Shown: piece after piece, positions 47,650-55,769 of the stretch
Numbering within the stretch: the stretch's first letter is position 1
How the letters are laid out: the number at the start of each line of letters is the position of its first letter
Notes under the pieces: generated by a model
Seen by the model: the letters and a program-made list of their open reading frames with translations, nothing else
Database searches by the model: none
What the model was told of the DNA's origin: nothing
Translations under genes and position numbers: made by a program
NCBI GenBank assembly: GCA_030529235.1
Contig: JAUMXF010000002.1
Span: 1-59,248 of the forward strand
Source of the DNA: Pseudomonadota bacterium
Lineage (GTDB): Bacteria; Desulfobacterota; Desulfovibrionia; Desulfovibrionales; Desulfomicrobiaceae
Direction: 5' to 3'
DNA length: 59,248 bases

Positions 47650-48093
47650 ATGTCCCGCCCATTTCATTTTTCTCTGGAAAAGGTTCTCGAATACCGCAAG
47701 CAGGTCGAAGATCAGGCCCGTCTGGCCTTTAGCCGGGCGCAGGCCTCGGAGCGGGAGCAACGCCGGATGTTGGAGCGCTTGCAGGAGGATCTCGAAAAAT
47801 GTCTGGAGGAAATGCCCCGGTCCGGGCGGACGAATCCGCAGGAGTTGTGGCTGTGGGCGGAATGGCGGCGGCATCTGGAAGTGGATACGAAAGAGGCCAA
47901 GGCGGAGCTTGGCAGGCGGGAGGAGCTGCTCGATTCCTGCCGCCGGGAACTGGTGGCGCGGGCCACGGAACGCAGACTTCTGGAGAAACTCCGTCACAGA
48001 CAGGCGCACAGACATGCCCTGAAAGAACAGCAGAGGGAACAGAATGAATTCGACGAATCCGCAACGCTGCGTTTCGGCCGTGCGTCCAGCTAG
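47650..48093 (+). CDS. fliJ: Flagellar export protein FliJ
   Basis: F.FSLEKVLEYR N-terminus, coiled coil, LEKLR..EQ.E.DE C-terminus, 147 aa. Confidence 0.85.
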   Translation: MSRPFHFSLEKVLEYRKQVEDQARLAFSRAQASEREQRRMLERLQEDLEKCLEEMPRSGRTNPQELWLWAEWRRHLEVDTKEAKAELGRREELLDSCRRELVARATERRLLEKLRHRQAHRHALKEQQREQNEFDESATLRFGRASS

Positions 48094-48655
48094 ATTGGCG
48101 CAGGCCGTGATGGCTCTGACCCTGGTCAAGCTGGCTGCGGTGATTTTCCTGTGGATGCCCGGACAAAAGACCCAGGATATGGTTTTGCCTTCCATTGTGC
48201 CCCAGGCCCTGGCCGCAAGTCCGGCTCCGGATGGAAACAGTTCCACGCAGACACCGGAAAAACCCGAGGTTTCATCTGCCCCTGCGGCTTCTACGAGGGA
48301 TATTTCAGCCAGAGAGCTGGAAGTGCGCAAGCGTGAGGCGGAGTTGAAAACCATGGAGGCGGAGCTGGAGGCTAAGCTCGAAAATTTGCGAGCCATGGAA
48401 GTGAAGATGCAGAATCTAATCAAATCCGCCGGAGATATGCAGGATGAAAAGATGCAGCATCTGGTGGATGTCTATTCCAACATGAAGCCCAAGCAGGCCG
48501 CCCAGGTGCTGGAAAATCTGGAGGAATCCATTGCCGTCAAAATTCTGGCTGGTATGAGCGGGCGAAAGGCCGGAGAGGTTCTGTCTTCGGTCCGGGCTGA
48601 CCGCGCGGCCAAGCTTTCGGAGGCCCTGACCCGCTTGCAGACCGGCGGCAACTGA
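48044..48655 (+). CDS. MotE/MgtE-N-terminal-like flagellar-associated protein
   Basis: Signal/TM segment, coiled coil, and LVDVYSNMKPKQAAQVL..AVKIL..M..KAG.VL. Follows fliJ. Confidence 0.78.
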   Translation: MNSTNPQRCVSAVRPARLAQAVMALTLVKLAAVIFLWMPGQKTQDMVLPSIVPQALAASPAPDGNSSTQTPEKPEVSSAPAASTRDISARELEVRKREAELKTMEAELEAKLENLRAMEVKMQNLIKSAGDMQDEKMQHLVDVYSNMKPKQAAQVLENLEESIAVKILAGMSGRKAGEVLSSVRADRAAKLSEALTRLQTGGN

Positions 48656-48657
48656 GC

Positions 48658-49410
48658 ATGGCGCGCATTCGTCTGACTGTGGCCTATGTGGGCACCCGCT
48701 ACCACGGCTGGCAGATTCAGAAAAACGGTCCGAGTATTCAGGAAGCATTGGAGACGCGGATTTCACGCATCTGCGGCGTGCCCGTACGCGTGCACGGATC
48801 CGGCCGGACCGACGCCGGGGTCCACGCCACGGGGCAGGTGGCGCACTTCGACGCCCCGGATGGCACTGCCATCCCTTGGCAAAAGGCGCTCAATTCCATG
48901 CTTCCCGAAGATATCGCCATTGTCGATGCGCGGGCTGCCGGGGCTGAGTTCCACGCCCGGTTTTCCGCAGTATCCAAACGCTACGCCTACACACTGTGGA
49001 CCGACTCCCGGTTCGTCCTGCCCCAGCGGGCCCCTTTCATCTGGTCTGTGCGCGGCCTGAATCTGGAAGCGATGGATCGTGCCGCCGCGCTTCTGGCCGG
49101 AACGCACGACTTTGCCTCCTTTCAGAACGCGGGAACGGAACTTAAGACCACCATCCGCACGTTGGAACCGATCATTCGTGTCCCGGGCCTCTGTTCGGGA
49201 GAATGGGTGCTGCGTTTTCAGGCTGACGGTTTTTTGAAGCAGATGGTCCGGAATCTGACCGCATTTCTGGTGGAGGTAGGACGTGGCAGGCTCTGCCCTG
49301 AAGACGGACCACGCCTTCTTCAGACCCGCGACCGCAGGCTGGCTCCGGCCACGGCTCCGCCGCAGGGGCTGTGTCTGGAGGAAGTTTTTTACGGAGAGCA
49401 GCCAGTCTGA
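48658..49410 (+). CDS. truA: tRNA pseudouridine(38-40) synthase
   Basis: GWQ.Q, SGRTDAGVHA, FHARF, GTHDF and FLKQMVR motifs. Confidence 0.95.
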   Translation: MARIRLTVAYVGTRYHGWQIQKNGPSIQEALETRISRICGVPVRVHGSGRTDAGVHATGQVAHFDAPDGTAIPWQKALNSMLPEDIAIVDARAAGAEFHARFSAVSKRYAYTLWTDSRFVLPQRAPFIWSVRGLNLEAMDRAAALLAGTHDFASFQNAGTELKTTIRTLEPIIRVPGLCSGEWVLRFQADGFLKQMVRNLTAFLVEVGRGRLCPEDGPRLLQTRDRRLAPATAPPQGLCLEEVFYGEQPV

Positions 49411-49518
49411 CCACACTGGAAAAGGTCGCTGGGGAATATTACGGCAGGAGAACTGAATACCCGCGCCAGTAAACTCCTTCCATGGCCGGGCATCCCGGTA
49501 TGGAAGCGTTCCGGGTGG

Positions 49519-49544
49519 CCGGGCGGGGCTTTCGCCCCGTCCGG
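49519..49544. terminator. Hairpin between convergent truA and the ThiY-like gene (possible terminator)
   Basis: CCGGGCGGGGC-TTTC-GCCCCGTCCGG, with a GAAA loop on the minus strand and only a weak U tail. Confidence 0.5.
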
Positions 49545-49555
49545 ATTTTCCGGGA

Positions 49556-50488
49556 TCAGGGCAGTTCCACCGCCCACGTGTCCAAAGGTGGGACACTCTT
49601 TACGATGCCTTCCTTCTTCAGGAATTCGGCGAAGCGGGTGTAGCGGTTTTTGTCCAGCGCTCCGGGGCGCAGGGCGAAGCGCGGCAGAGTGTCCTTCCAG
49701 GCCCGGCGGTTCAGCTCGTCATCCAGGTTTTCCCGGCCGTTACTCACGAAAAGCTTCCATGACTCTTCCGGGTGATTAACCAGATACTGCACGCCTTCTT
49801 CCAGAGCATCCACAAATTTGCGCAGCTTTGGGTCCCTCATCTTTTGGGAGCTGGCCACCAGAATCAGCTCGTCATAGGCCGGAACGCCGTGCTCCTCCAC
49901 GAAAAAGGCCCTCCCCGGCCGCTTCTCGATATCCATCTGATTCAGCTCGAAATTGCGGAATGCGCCGATGACCGCATTCGTCTGGCCGGTGAAAAGGGAC
50001 GGCGACAGAGAAAAATTGACGTTGACCAGTTTCACGTCATCCAGCCCGAGCCCTTCCTGGGCCAGCATCACCTTGAGCAGAGCGGTTTCAAAGCCGCCCA
50101 CAGAGTAGCCGATGGTCTTGCCCTTCAGGTCGGCGATGGATTTGACCGGGCCATCCGCCAGCACCACCAGAGAGTTGAGCGGTGTGGCTATCAGCGTGGC
50201 GATGCGGGTCAGGGGAAGCCCCTCGGCCACCTGCATCTGATGCTGATGCTGGTAGGATACGGCCAGATCGGCCTTGCCTGCGGCCACAAGCTTCGGCGGG
50301 TCGTTGGGATTGGAAGGGGCGACAAACTCCACGTCCAGTCCTCTGGCCTTGAAGAAGCCTTTTTCCTGGGCCACAAAAAGGGGGGCATGGTCCGGGTTGA
50401 TGAACCAGTCCAGAAGAACGGTCATTTTTTCGGCTTGGGCCGAGGAGGAGAAAAAAATCAGAGCGGACAAAAGCAGAAATTTTTTCAT
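49556..50488 (-). CDS. NMT1/THI5-family ABC transporter substrate-binding protein (ThiY-like, thiamine-precursor uptake)
   Basis: Signal peptide, LDWFINPDHAP, A.EKG.F..GLDV, GAFRNFE and GVPAYDEL motifs. Confidence 0.85.
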   Translation of the reverse strand: MKKFLLLSALIFFSSSAQAEKMTVLLDWFINPDHAPLFVAQEKGFFKARGLDVEFVAPSNPNDPPKLVAAGKADLAVSYQHQHQMQVAEGLPLTRIATLIATPLNSLVVLADGPVKSIADLKGKTIGYSVGGFETALLKVMLAQEGLGLDDVKLVNVNFSLSPSLFTGQTNAVIGAFRNFELNQMDIEKRPGRAFFVEEHGVPAYDELILVASSQKMRDPKLRKFVDALEEGVQYLVNHPEESWKLFVSNGRENLDDELNRRAWKDTLPRFALRPGALDKNRYTRFAEFLKKEGIVKSVPPLDTWAVELP

Positions 50489-50588
50489 GAAAGCCTCGTC
50501 GGTTGGGTGATAAAAAAGGTTACAGTCTGAAAATGTTCCGGCAGCATTTGTTGTTTCCCCAGAGTCAGGAGGTTTCCTCGATCGGAGT

Positions 50589-51041
50589 TTACCCGAGCGT
50601 GTTCCTGTTGATGACGCGCAGATAGCCGATGCGCTGGACAAAGAAGCGGAGTTTCGCGGCAAGTCCCATATTGATGTACATGGTGCCACCCTCTCCGAAA
50701 CCGCTTTGCACGCGGTCACAGAAGGATTCCACAAATTTGAGCCATGCACGCTGGTCCTTGAGCAGCAGTTCCGCCAGGTGCGGGTCTCTGTTTTTCAGGT
50801 TGCGCATGGTTTCCCTGTAGGCCGCGTTCAGGAGCACATCGATCTCGGCCAGGCCATTTTCCAGCACCTCCATTGCGCCCACGCGTCCCATGGATATTTT
50901 GGCTTCTTCGCTGGCTTTGAAAGTGTCTTCCATGAGGGCGACGGCTTTTTTCTCCATTTCGGAAAGAGAATGGCGTTCTTCAGCAAAAGCCGTGGATGAA
51001 AAGAGCAGCAGTAAAAGCAACACGGTGGGATGCACGCGCAT
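50589..51041 (-). CDS. Secreted LprI/DUF1311-family protein
   Basis: Signal peptide ending AFA, and D..LN.AY..L...QRAWLKF...C motif. AAGGAG RBS. Confidence 0.75.
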   Translation of the reverse strand: MRVHPTVLLLLLLFSSTAFAEERHSLSEMEKKAVALMEDTFKASEEAKISMGRVGAMEVLENGLAEIDVLLNAAYRETMRNLKNRDPHLAELLLKDQRAWLKFVESFCDRVQSGFGEGGTMYINMGLAAKLRFFVQRIGYLRVINRNTLG

Positions 51042-51189
51042 AATGACTCTCCTTGACGGCCTGTGCGGTGGAAGCTGACGGCTCGAATCGGGGCTGCCTG
51101 AGGCAGGATACTTAGCGGCGGCTACACTGAAAATCCAGGTCAATTTTAGGCTGCCTGTGTCCCGGCCATTGACAGGATCGGCAAAGTAA

Positions 51190-51295
51190 GATTAGTCAAA
51201 GTTTAATTATTAGCTTTGGCTAACTATTTTTCTAAAAATCATCCTATAATTTTCTATTGTTATATAATTTTATTGAAAATAATCATAAAATTGAA
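51190..51295 (+). promoter_or_regulatory. AT-rich promoter/operator region with DtxR/MntR-like and Fur-like palindromes
   Basis: TTAG-CTTTGG-CTAA at 51210-51223 with an inverted partial copy TTAGTCAAAG at 51192-51201. TGAAAAT-A-ATCATAA at 51274-51288 sits inside AATTTTAT-N11-ATAAAATT. Two TATAAT boxes (51245, 51263) and TTGACA at 51169. Confidence 0.55.
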
Positions 51296-51312
51296 AGTTT
51301 CTGGAGGTAGCC

Positions 51313-51567
51313 ATGTTTAAACTGGATAACGGGTCTGAGCTGTTTTCGTCACAGGTCATGCAGCGGTTGCGCAAGGCGGCCGGTGGAGTCATGGGTTCTC
51401 GTCCGTGGGTGGAAGGTTCCGGTGGCGAGGCAGCCCATGCTTCGGGCTGTTCCGGGGACGGAGCGTGTTCCTGTAAGGTCAAATGCGCCCGCTGCCGTTG
51501 CGCCATGCGGGCCGCCGGAAAGAATGAGGAGGCCGGGGAGGTGACGCATGGATCGTCCGGGGAATGA
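51313..51567 (+). CDS. Small Cys-rich hypothetical protein (84 aa)
   Basis: RBS GGAGGT with 4 nt to the ATG. Six Cys clustered in CSGDGACSCKVKCARCRC. Confidence 0.6.
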   Translation: MFKLDNGSELFSSQVMQRLRKAAGGVMGSRPWVEGSGGEAAHASGCSGDGACSCKVKCARCRCAMRAAGKNEEAGEVTHGSSGE

Positions 51568-51760
51568 ATCCCTGCGGATTGAGCTCTCCGCCGCGACCCT
51601 GACCCGGCTTCTGGCCGCCGGGCATCTGGGCGCGGCCGAGTTGCGCTGCCTGGACTGCGCATCGAAAGCGTGTCTGCGCCGGTTGTGTCTGGCCAGTTGC
51701 GTCCGGCCGTTTTCCGGATGCACGGGGTGCCCGTACAGCGCCGGAAAGAAGGACGCGTAG
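51548..51760 (+). CDS. Small Cys-rich hypothetical protein (70 aa)
   Basis: RBS GGAGGTG before the ATG. IELS..L.RLL..G.L.AA..RCLDC.SK.CL..LC..C pattern with 7 Cys. Followed by a terminator. Confidence 0.7.
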   Translation: MDRPGNESLRIELSAATLTRLLAAGHLGAAELRCLDCASKACLRRLCLASCVRPFSGCTGCPYSAGKKDA

Positions 51761-51781
51761 CGCGCGGGCGGTTTCATGCGG

Positions 51782-51824
51782 CGGGCCGTATCTCCCAAAG
51801 AGGAGGTGCGGCCCGTTTGATTTT
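51782..51824 (+). terminator. Intrinsic terminator of the Cys-rich mini-operon
   Basis: 14-bp stem CGGGCCGTATCTCC/GGAGGTGCGGCCCG with two G-U pairs that form only on the + strand RNA, followed by TTTGATTTT. Confidence 0.72.
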
Positions 51825-52615
51825 CAATACAGATAGGGACTGGCTGGCGGGTCCACGTTTGTCATCCGGGTCACCCGGATCAGCGGAACGGTCTTGTCTT
51901 CATGGGGCAGCAGTTCAAAGGTGCCTTCGACCCGCACCCACTGTTCCGGCGGCAGCTCCGGAGTTTCCTTCATATCCAGAGCCACGGTCAGGGGCATGGC
52001 GTCCGCCGCGCAGCAGGTGATCAGAAAGCGGTACAGAGCCACGGTGCGGCCGGTCCCGAAATAGCGTTCCAGATCGGGATTGCGGTACAACAGGCCGAGC
52101 AGGGTCACTTCCTTGCCCGCGTATTCCCCCGGTGAACGCAGCAGGTCGAGGGCCGTAAGCGGTTCATCCGGATTGGGGAGCGGCTCCAGACCCGCATTGG
52201 CGAAGGCTTCGCTGATGGCCCGGTCCGATACCGCATCGGGCGTGTGCGTGGAAGAATCCGGGAAGGATTGTCCGCTGAAGCCTTCCTCCGTGCCGACATC
52301 CACACCCAGAAACCGGTTGGCGAAGACATCTTCTCCCAGAATGGAATCCGTCACGGCCATGTGCAGCAGGGGCAGCAGCAGAATCATGGCGCGCAGAAAG
52401 GGCACGGGCGCGGGACGTCTGATGCCGGTGAACATGAAGGCCAGGGCGATGGCCGCTCCCATGCCCAGCAGCCAGGAGAATTCGGGGCGCAGAAACAGCC
52501 GGATGCGGCTTGTGCCAAGAATCATGACCAGGGCCACACTCCAGGCTGTGAAGACAAAACCGGCCGTGAGTCTTCCGCTTATGCATGCGTTTTTGAGTCG
52601 TGCAAGGGGCGTCAC
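51824..52615 (-). CDS. TIGR03943/DUF1980 (YcgQ-like) permease-associated protein
   Basis: Three N-terminal TM segments, RFLITCCAADA, WV.VEG and P..PYLY C-terminus. GTGA overlap with the upstream permease. Confidence 0.85.
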   Translation of the reverse strand: MTPLARLKNACISGRLTAGFVFTAWSVALVMILGTSRIRLFLRPEFSWLLGMGAAIALAFMFTGIRRPAPVPFLRAMILLLPLLHMAVTDSILGEDVFANRFLGVDVGTEEGFSGQSFPDSSTHTPDAVSDRAISEAFANAGLEPLPNPDEPLTALDLLRSPGEYAGKEVTLLGLLYRNPDLERYFGTGRTVALYRFLITCCAADAMPLTVALDMKETPELPPEQWVRVEGTFELLPHEDKTVPLIRVTRMTNVDPPASPYLY

Positions 52616-53682
52616 GACCAGCCCTCCAGCATCAGAAGGCTCATGGACGCGCCCACCGTCAGCAGAAGAACCAGTCCCGCCAGGGCCACAATGACCCGTC
52701 TGCGGAAAACAGCCTGATACATGAGCAGCAGCTTCAGGTCGAACATGGGGCCCGTGAGCATGAAGGCCATTTGCGCGGCCAAAGGCATGAGTCCGGAAAA
52801 GGACGCGGCGATGAAGGCGTCGGATTCAGAGCAAAGATTCAGGGCCACGGCCAGCGCCGTCATGGCCAGAATGGACAGGGCGGGCAGGGACGCCAGCCCG
52901 AGCAGCAGGGATCTGTCCACAAAGGTCTGGGCCACGGCGGCCACGAATGCGCCGACGATCAGGTATTGAGCCACGCCCAGAAAGTCGGCGGCACCGTGGC
53001 GCAGCGCCTGTCCCAGCCGGGAGGTGAAGGACGGCCGGACCACGGCGTTCGTGACCTGCGGGAAGTGCGGCAAGGGGACCTCGCATCCGCAGGAGCAGGG
53101 CTGGGGCGCGATGTGCTCCAGTCCGCCGTGCAGAGCACTTTTGTCCGGAAACAGGCGATTCAGCACAAGAGCCGCGGTCACGGCGACGGCATAGCCCAGA
53201 CCCAGGCGTATCGCCATGACTTTCCATTCAAAACCGTAAGCCAGAGCCGTGGATGCGGCGACGATGGGGTTCACGATGGGGCCGGCCAGCAGATAGGCGA
53301 TGCCGGCCCCGAAGGGTAGTCCTTTGCCGAGAAGCCTGCGTACGACCGGCACCACTGCGCATTCGCAGACCGGAAAGACGACACCGAGCCCGGCGGCGAC
53401 GCAGATGGCGGTCAGCCCCCGTCTGGGCAGCAGGGCGGCCATGCGTTCCCGGCTGACGAAGGCTTCGATGAGCCCCCCCGCCAGAGCGCCGAGCAGCATG
53501 AAGGGCAGGGCCTCCAGCACGATGCTGGTGAACATGATGGACAGGGTGCGGTATGGCCCGGAGGCCGCTCCCACGGGCAGGACCAGAAGCCCGGCAAAGA
53601 TGAAGATCACTGCGGCCACGGCGCGGAAAGTGCCGCCAGCCGGGGTGCCCGCATGAGATATTGTCGAAGTGGCATGTGACAT
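52612..53682 (-). CDS. DUF318 (YcgR/ArsP-like) permease, probable metal uptake
   Basis: EALPF, FPVCEC..VP, P..NP, LCSESDAF and GPMFDLK motifs, with a central CSCGC loop. The start is uncertain. Confidence 0.87.
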   Translation of the reverse strand: MSHATSTISHAGTPAGGTFRAVAAVIFIFAGLLVLPVGAASGPYRTLSIMFTSIVLEALPFMLLGALAGGLIEAFVSRERMAALLPRRGLTAICVAAGLGVVFPVCECAVVPVVRRLLGKGLPFGAGIAYLLAGPIVNPIVAASTALAYGFEWKVMAIRLGLGYAVAVTAALVLNRLFPDKSALHGGLEHIAPQPCSCGCEVPLPHFPQVTNAVVRPSFTSRLGQALRHGAADFLGVAQYLIVGAFVAAVAQTFVDRSLLLGLASLPALSILAMTALAVALNLCSESDAFIAASFSGLMPLAAQMAFMLTGPMFDLKLLLMYQAVFRRRVIVALAGLVLLLTVGASMSLLMLEGWS

Positions 53683-53842
53683 GGGCGGCTGCTTGGCACG
53701 CCCGTTTCCGGGGGTCAAGCCGGAGGCGGGCCGCTTTGAAGCCTTTGGGGCGGAAAAAACTTTTCTTGGCGGGCAAGATGGTCTAAAGAAATGCGGATTT
53801 TGCGGTGCCGCGAAGCCCTCTCACCACAGACAAGGATTACGC

Positions 53843-55516
53843 ATGGTTAACATCCTCATCCAGACTCTCGGCGGCCTCGGTCTTTTTGTGCTGGGCATGA
53901 AACTCATGACCGAAGGCTTGCAGATGGCCGCGGGCAACCGCATCCGCAACATTCTGAAAGCCGTCTCCGACAACCGTCTGGTGGGGTTCGCCACGGGCGC
54001 GGCGGTCACGGCCATGGTCCAGTCCTCCTCGGCCACCACGGTCATGCTGATCAGCTTTGTCAGCGCCGGGCTCATGACCCTGACCCAGGCCGTCGGCGTC
54101 ATTCTGGGGTGCAACGTGGGCACGACCATGACGGCCCAGCTCATCGCCTTCAAACTTTCTGATCTGGCCCTGCCGGCCATCGCCATCGGGGTGCCGCTCA
54201 ATTATTTCGGCACGCGCAAGAAATATCGCTACCTTGGTGAAATCATTCTCGGATTCGGTCTGCTTTTCTTCGGAATGACCGTCATGGGCGACGGCCTCAA
54301 GCCCCTGCGCTCCGATCCGGCCTTCATCTCGTTCTTCACCAGATTCGATGCCTCCACTGTGGGCGGCCTGCTGCTGTGTGTGGCCACGGGCGCCGGCCTG
54401 ACCATCGTGGTGCAGTCGTCTTCGGCCACCATCGGCCTGACCATGGCCTTCGCCACCCAGGGGCTGATAGGATTCCCGGCGGCCATGGCCCTCATCCTGG
54501 GAGAAAACATCGGCACCACCATCACCGCCGAGCTTGCCACCATCGGTTCCGCCAATATCAGCGCCTACCGTGCGGCCAGGGCGCACACCATGTTCAACGT
54601 GTTCGGCGTGTGCATGATGCTGCTCATTTTTCCATGGTTCCTGCGGAGCATCGAGTGGGTCACCCTCATGATGACCGGAGGACATGCCTGGGATGTGCAG
54701 GCCGGTGGGGAGTATCCGTACATAGCCCGCTATCTGGCCAACGGGCATACGCTGTTCAACCTTGTGAACGCCCTGATTTTCCTTGTTTTTCTCCCCTTTC
54801 TGATCAGGGTCGCGATTCTTTTGTCTCCCAGAGACAGAAACGAGGGAGATGAGCTGTTCCGCCTGCCGGTTTTCGAGCCCAATGCGGAGGACAACAGCGT
54901 GGCGGCCCTGGCCCGGACCAGGGGCGAGCTGCAACGCATGTCCCGGATTGTGCACGAGGCTTATCTGAATGCTCTGGAATGTCTGGAAAAGCGCGATCAG
55001 CAGACCATCCGCAGACGGCAGCGTTTTGAAAATCATATCGACGAGATGCATAAGCTCATCACCACTTTTCTGGCCAAAATCATGCAGACCGGGCTCAATG
55101 AAGAGGATTCGGCGGAAATCTCGGCGCAGATGCGGCTGGCCAATACTCTGGAGCGCATCGGCGACGCGGTGGAGGTGCTGGGCCTCCTGTGCGAGGAGAT
55201 TGTGGAGAAGGAGCTCAATTTTTCAGAAGATGCCTGGATCGATTTTTACAATATTTCGGCCAGGGTGGATGAATTTCTGAAAATGACCATGGACGGCCTC
55301 GAGAATGAACCCGAGAATCTGCTGGAAGAGGCGGGCAAGGCCGAGGAGGTCATCGACGCCATGCGGGAGAGAATGCGCGACGCGCATATCGAACGGCTCA
55401 AGGTCGGCAAATGCGGCATCGAGGGCGGGCTTGCCTTCATCAATCTGCTGGCCCGGCTGGAGAAGATCGGCGACCATTGCTACACCATCGCCAGAACCGT
55501 GACCAGAAACCGCTGA
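53843..55516 (+). CDS. Na+/phosphate cotransporter family protein with PhoU-like C-terminal domains
   Basis: GGLGLF..GM, two QSSS repeats, G.N.GTT, and LERIGD/LEKIGDH. AAGGA RBS. Confidence 0.92.
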   Translation: MVNILIQTLGGLGLFVLGMKLMTEGLQMAAGNRIRNILKAVSDNRLVGFATGAAVTAMVQSSSATTVMLISFVSAGLMTLTQAVGVILGCNVGTTMTAQLIAFKLSDLALPAIAIGVPLNYFGTRKKYRYLGEIILGFGLLFFGMTVMGDGLKPLRSDPAFISFFTRFDASTVGGLLLCVATGAGLTIVVQSSSATIGLTMAFATQGLIGFPAAMALILGENIGTTITAELATIGSANISAYRAARAHTMFNVFGVCMMLLIFPWFLRSIEWVTLMMTGGHAWDVQAGGEYPYIARYLANGHTLFNLVNALIFLVFLPFLIRVAILLSPRDRNEGDELFRLPVFEPNAEDNSVAALARTRGELQRMSRIVHEAYLNALECLEKRDQQTIRRRQRFENHIDEMHKLITTFLAKIMQTGLNEEDSAEISAQMRLANTLERIGDAVEVLGLLCEEIVEKELNFSEDAWIDFYNISARVDEFLKMTMDGLENEPENLLEEAGKAEEVIDAMRERMRDAHIERLKVGKCGIEGGLAFINLLARLEKIGDHCYTIARTVTRNR

Positions 55517-55538
55517 GGTACAGGCCGCGCGGCATATC

Positions 55539-55574
55539 GCCCCACCCCGGCATATTCCGGGGCGGGGCTTTTTT
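55539..55574 (+). terminator. Intrinsic terminator after the Na/Pi cotransporter
   Basis: GCCCCACCCCGG-CATATT-CCGGGGCGGGGC followed by T6. Confidence 0.8.
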
Positions 55575-55769
55575 GCGCCGTTTTCCGGGTGAGCCCGATC
55601 CCGCGGGCGGCGCGGCACTGTGCCGGAGTCTTTGAGCCAAGGCCCTTGCATCCGCGCGGCAGGACGGGTATTTTCCTTCGGAACCTCTCCCTGACTTCAG
55701 TTTCATGGCCGGGTTGTGTTTCTCCATATTTACGGCCGGGAAGCCATCCGAACCGGAGAGGGAGGGCTT

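Noticed and set aside
50489-50588. TPP riboswitch upstream of the ThiY-like gene
   Set aside because: The conserved CTGAGA and ACCTGA..TAAT..GCG.AGG blocks are absent.
53694-53709. Sigma54 promoter TGGCACGCCCGTTTCC upstream of the Na/Pi cotransporter
   Set aside because: The -24 element is perfect, but TC replaces the required GC at -12.
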